20,473 nt of DNA from positions 1 to 20,473 of the forward strand of contig JADGIF010000099.1 in NCBI GenBank assembly GCA_018985225.1. Direction: 5' to 3'. The stretch is from Amoeboradix gromovi X-113. Lineage: Eukaryota > Fungi > Sanchytriomycota. Both the position numbers and the translations under genes were made by a program. The notes under the pieces were generated by a model, which was given only the letters and a program-made list of their open reading frames with translations, did no database searches and was not told where the DNA came from. Shown in pieces: positions 17,268 through 20,473 of this stretch (position 1 is its first letter; every line of letters begins with the position of its first letter).

Positions 17268-20200
17268 ATGCTACTAGTAAATCTTGTTATTTCTTCTGTT
17301 AAACTGTTTCCCAGTCATTTTGAAATTCATGGCAAGCCAACCCTTTTGCGGAGCGGTTCTTTGCAATGGTACAGAATACCGAAAACAGAATGGAGAGATC
17401 GACTGTATAAGTTCTCGAATATATTCAATATGCTTGAAATGTACGTTAGTTGGCAGCATATTGAGCCTGAGCCAAATGTATTTAAAACTCAAGATTTAAT
17501 CGAGTTCCTGGATCTGGTTAAAGAGCACAACATCTATGTGTATTTCAGACCTGGACCGTTTATATCTAACGAAGAAAACAGTGGAGGAATTCCCGCATGG
17601 GTGATTGCGAAGAGTAACAAGATAATTAACCCGCATTTCAGAGATGGATACTATGCCCTTAGGACAAACGATTTCGATTATCTAGAAATAGTGGAAAGAT
17701 ACTTCAATGTTATAAATCGTATTATTAAGCCGTACTTAGTAACAAACGGGGGTTTTATTGTTCTATACCAGATTGAAAATGAGTACGACCACTTTGAGCA
17801 TTTATTTGAGTTGGAGAAGTCAACTAAATACGAAGGTGAACAAGAGCGACTCTCTGGCTCTACCCTCGATACTCTTGATATGTTCAACAAATTACGCTCT
17901 ATGGTTGAAAAGCATATAGATATCCCGATCAATACTTGTCCAGGTTCCTTGGAATTGAATGGGATGGGAAATGCAAGTAGGATTTTGCCTCTTCCTAATT
18001 ACTACAAAAGCGCCAACTACATAGAGTATTCTGGAATGAAATACAAAAACAATCAGCAAAAACTGATAAATTATTTAAATTTTCCAAGTGGTATATCTGA
18101 GACGTTTAGAAGTCCTTCAACCATTTCTAGATTTGTTATAAGCGGTATGGACATGGTCAACAGCTTTAATGCTTTTGGATTCTTCCAGCCTGGGCGTAAA
18201 AATTCATTATTTGCACACTTCAAAGGCGTAGTGGATGAAACTCAAATATGGAAAATACTTAAAGTTTTATTTCCTCTTCAAGACATAAGAGACTATAGAA
18301 CCTTTTTTTTCCGATTTCCTATTGGTTTGTTTCCTTCTGTCACTGATTTTAATGGCCCTGTGAGTCCAAGTGGTCAGATAAGGTTGTCATATTCTGGTTT
18401 TAGACGGTTGCATTTATTTTACAATGCTTTTGAGCATATACTAGCACCAGCTAACAAGTGTCAACGCAGCACCACTGGAAAGGTGCAAGATAAAATACTA
18501 TCTCATAGCAACAACGTAATTGTGAAAAACCCTCAAATCGGAACCCCTTCTAAGGATACTCGTCGAAACGTTGTTTACTGGTTACCAATTACCAGCAATA
18601 ACCAGGATGGTGCAATTATCGGCCTTGTTTCTCATCTATCGTCTATAACAGTTGAGCCCTACTCAATTACAGCATTTAATATATCATTTCCTAAATATCC
18701 TTTTATAATTCCAAAAAACGAACACATTACAATTAACTCACCACTCAATCAGGTCAACTCTAATAGTGATGATTTCTACTTAATGCATATCCCTGTAAAC
18801 ATCCCCATTTCGGAAGATTTTACCATAAAATACTCCACTGCAGAAATATTGACATTCACAAACGATAAATGGAGTAGCACACGTTACAGTAGACAGAGTC
18901 TATTAATGCTATATGGTGTAGTTGACAGTGTGGCGGAAATCGAATTTTCTGTTCAAGGCGATGTACAGTTTTACTCCTCATTCGGGTATAAATTCAAAAA
19001 ACACGAATCGGGTCTTTTTACATCCTTTAAAATCCAGTCATCGCCTTTTACTTTGCACTTAATCGCAAGTAATCACATTCTCACGATTATTGTCATGGAT
19101 AGATATCTAAGCGGTAGAACATACATCGCGGAGAACGGTATTCTAATGGGATGTGATTTATACAACCCCCTGGCCAATACGATGTCATTCATTACTGATT
19201 CAGCCGATTTCTACACTTATGGAATCTCTTCATTGAACAGCAGATTTGAAGAAGAGTACGTGAATCAACCTAATATTAGTTCAGTAGATGGATCTGCTGG
19301 CTTAAAAGCCTGGCGTGTTGATCACGATATAAATTATGTCAAACCGATTGTTATCAAAGCAGCTTTTCAAACTATTGACACCACAAATACTGATTCGACG
19401 TTTATAAAACTACCAAGACTACTAGAGAGTGAATTGCTTAATATGACAGAGGGGTACATAACCTATAAAAGCGAATTTGTCCTGGACAAAGTAAGCAGCA
19501 GAAACAAGTTGTACATTGAACATGCAAGCGATTTTGTATCTGTATTTATAAACAACAAATATTTAACTTCTCTAGTTCCATTAGGATCCAGGATAAACAG
19601 TGATGATGGTCATTTTAGATTCAGATTTAAAATACCATCTGAAACACTAGTAGTCGGTACAAATACGGTGATTTTAAAATGCGATGTTTGGGGCCGCGGT
19701 AGCTTTATATGCCCAAAAGGTAAGGTGTCATATGTACCGATATTCAATTACCAGGTTCCTATTGGATTTAGTATAGAAATACCGCAGTTAGGGAACGATG
19801 CAAATAAGGGCATTTATGGACGCACTACGTTCAACGACAAAGAACTGAAATGGGGATACAGTATAGGTTTAACTGGAGAGAAAGAAGGATACTACAAAAA
19901 GCAACACGGCAGAACTAAAATAGAGATACCCCACAAGGTTAAGGGTGGTGATATAGAATTCATAAACTTTAACGTTAGGCTGCCAAAATCAATGCACAAA
20001 ATTCCTTTTAGTCTGAAATTGAAGGGGAAAGATTTAAAAGCAGATATTTATATGAACGATGAGATTATAGGGAGATGGATCAGCGACGAGGGTTGGCTAC
20101 AAAAAAGTAGGGAAAACATAGATAGAAATGCTTTGAGCTTGATGAACATGGATCATTTTCCAATTCCAAGTGGATACGAGGAGATTCACATTAGTCTACT

Positions 20201-20318
20201 ATTGGATAGCAAAGGAGATGGGGTTTTAGAGCACGTGGAAGTCGGGATATCAGAAGAAATGTTAGATAAAGATGCGAAGGTCCACGGGCAATACGAAAGA
20301 GTGTATAACTTAGAATAA
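17268..20318 (+). CDS. Secreted GH35 beta-galactosidase-like protein, ~1016 aa
   Basis: SGSLQWYRIP..EWRDRL, YVSWQHIEPEP, FRPGPFISNE..GGIPAW and GGFIVLYQIENEY (acid/base Glu) motifs, with probable C-terminal beta-sandwich domains. First ATG is at 17268; the track's TTG start at 17232 is unlikely in a eukaryote. Confidence 0.92.
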   Translation: MLLVNLVISSVKLFPSHFEIHGKPTLLRSGSLQWYRIPKTEWRDRLYKFSNIFNMLEMYVSWQHIEPEPNVFKTQDLIEFLDLVKEHNIYVYFRPGPFISNEENSGGIPAWVIAKSNKIINPHFRDGYYALRTNDFDYLEIVERYFNVINRIIKPYLVTNGGFIVLYQIENEYDHFEHLFELEKSTKYEGEQERLSGSTLDTLDMFNKLRSMVEKHIDIPINTCPGSLELNGMGNASRILPLPNYYKSANYIEYSGMKYKNNQQKLINYLNFPSGISETFRSPSTISRFVISGMDMVNSFNAFGFFQPGRKNSLFAHFKGVVDETQIWKILKVLFPLQDIRDYRTFFFRFPIGLFPSVTDFNGPVSPSGQIRLSYSGFRRLHLFYNAFEHILAPANKCQRSTTGKVQDKILSHSNNVIVKNPQIGTPSKDTRRNVVYWLPITSNNQDGAIIGLVSHLSSITVEPYSITAFNISFPKYPFIIPKNEHITINSPLNQVNSNSDDFYLMHIPVNIPISEDFTIKYSTAEILTFTNDKWSSTRYSRQSLLMLYGVVDSVAEIEFSVQGDVQFYSSFGYKFKKHESGLFTSFKIQSSPFTLHLIASNHILTIIVMDRYLSGRTYIAENGILMGCDLYNPLANTMSFITDSADFYTYGISSLNSRFEEEYVNQPNISSVDGSAGLKAWRVDHDINYVKPIVIKAAFQTIDTTNTDSTFIKLPRLLESELLNMTEGYITYKSEFVLDKVSSRNKLYIEHASDFVSVFINNKYLTSLVPLGSRINSDDGHFRFRFKIPSETLVVGTNTVILKCDVWGRGSFICPKGKVSYVPIFNYQVPIGFSIEIPQLGNDANKGIYGRTTFNDKELKWGYSIGLTGEKEGYYKKQHGRTKIEIPHKVKGGDIEFINFNVRLPKSMHKIPFSLKLKGKDLKADIYMNDEIIGRWISDEGWLQKSRENIDRNALSLMNMDHFPIPSGYEEIHISLLLDSKGDGVLEHVEVGISEEMLDKDAKVHGQYERVYNLE

Positions 20319-20472
20319 ACACCTTACTTGCTTCTTTAAATAATGCTTGAGCAATTTGCAAATGTAAATACCTTGTTTTTATTATATTCTTGCTTGCAAT
20401 TGGCCTAACTAACGAGGCCGGTTCTACCAATAAATTAGCATCATAATCGGCAACAAATTCGTGTTTATTATC
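20191..20472 (-). CDS. Possible 3' end of a convergent gene entering from the window edge
   Basis: The frame is open from the window end (DNKHEFVADYDANLLVEPASLVRP...). True stop is uncertain because the frame runs into the GH35 gene. Confidence 0.3.
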   Translation of the reverse strand, partial: DNKHEFVADYDANLLVEPASLVRPIASKNIIKTRYLHLQIAQALFKEASKVFILSYTLFRIARGPSHLYLTFLLISRLPRALKPHLLCYPIVD

Positions 20473-20473
20473 A

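Overview
AT-rich, gene-dense eukaryotic nuclear DNA using the standard code. It most plausibly comes from a compact-genome early-diverging fungus or close opisthokont relative (inferred from fungal-type Cox4, Rheb, IQGAP and a class C-like GPCR). Housekeeping content: COX4/COX5B, tRNA-Ser(AGA), initiator tRNA-Met, Rheb, IQGAP, a class C-like GPCR, a GH35 beta-galactosidase and several secreted orphan proteins. Three things are not visible in the ORF track. (1) Three copies (982-1550 +, ~5169-5711 -, 13574-14130 -) of a ~550-bp non-autonomous IS607/Fanzor2 element. All three keep the left end, the Fanzor C-terminus and a structured right end that looks like an omegaRNA scaffold, each followed by a different flanking guide; the two younger copies also keep a tnpA remnant. 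Those two are bounded by an AG core dinucleotide, and removing the 13574-14130 copy restores the interrupted host reading frame exactly. (2) Rheb and IQGAP are each split by a 19-nt GT-AG intron. (3) A TIR MITE with GRG termini and a 4-bp TSD (Sola2-like) at 5781-6263, with a second partial copy at 1-84.
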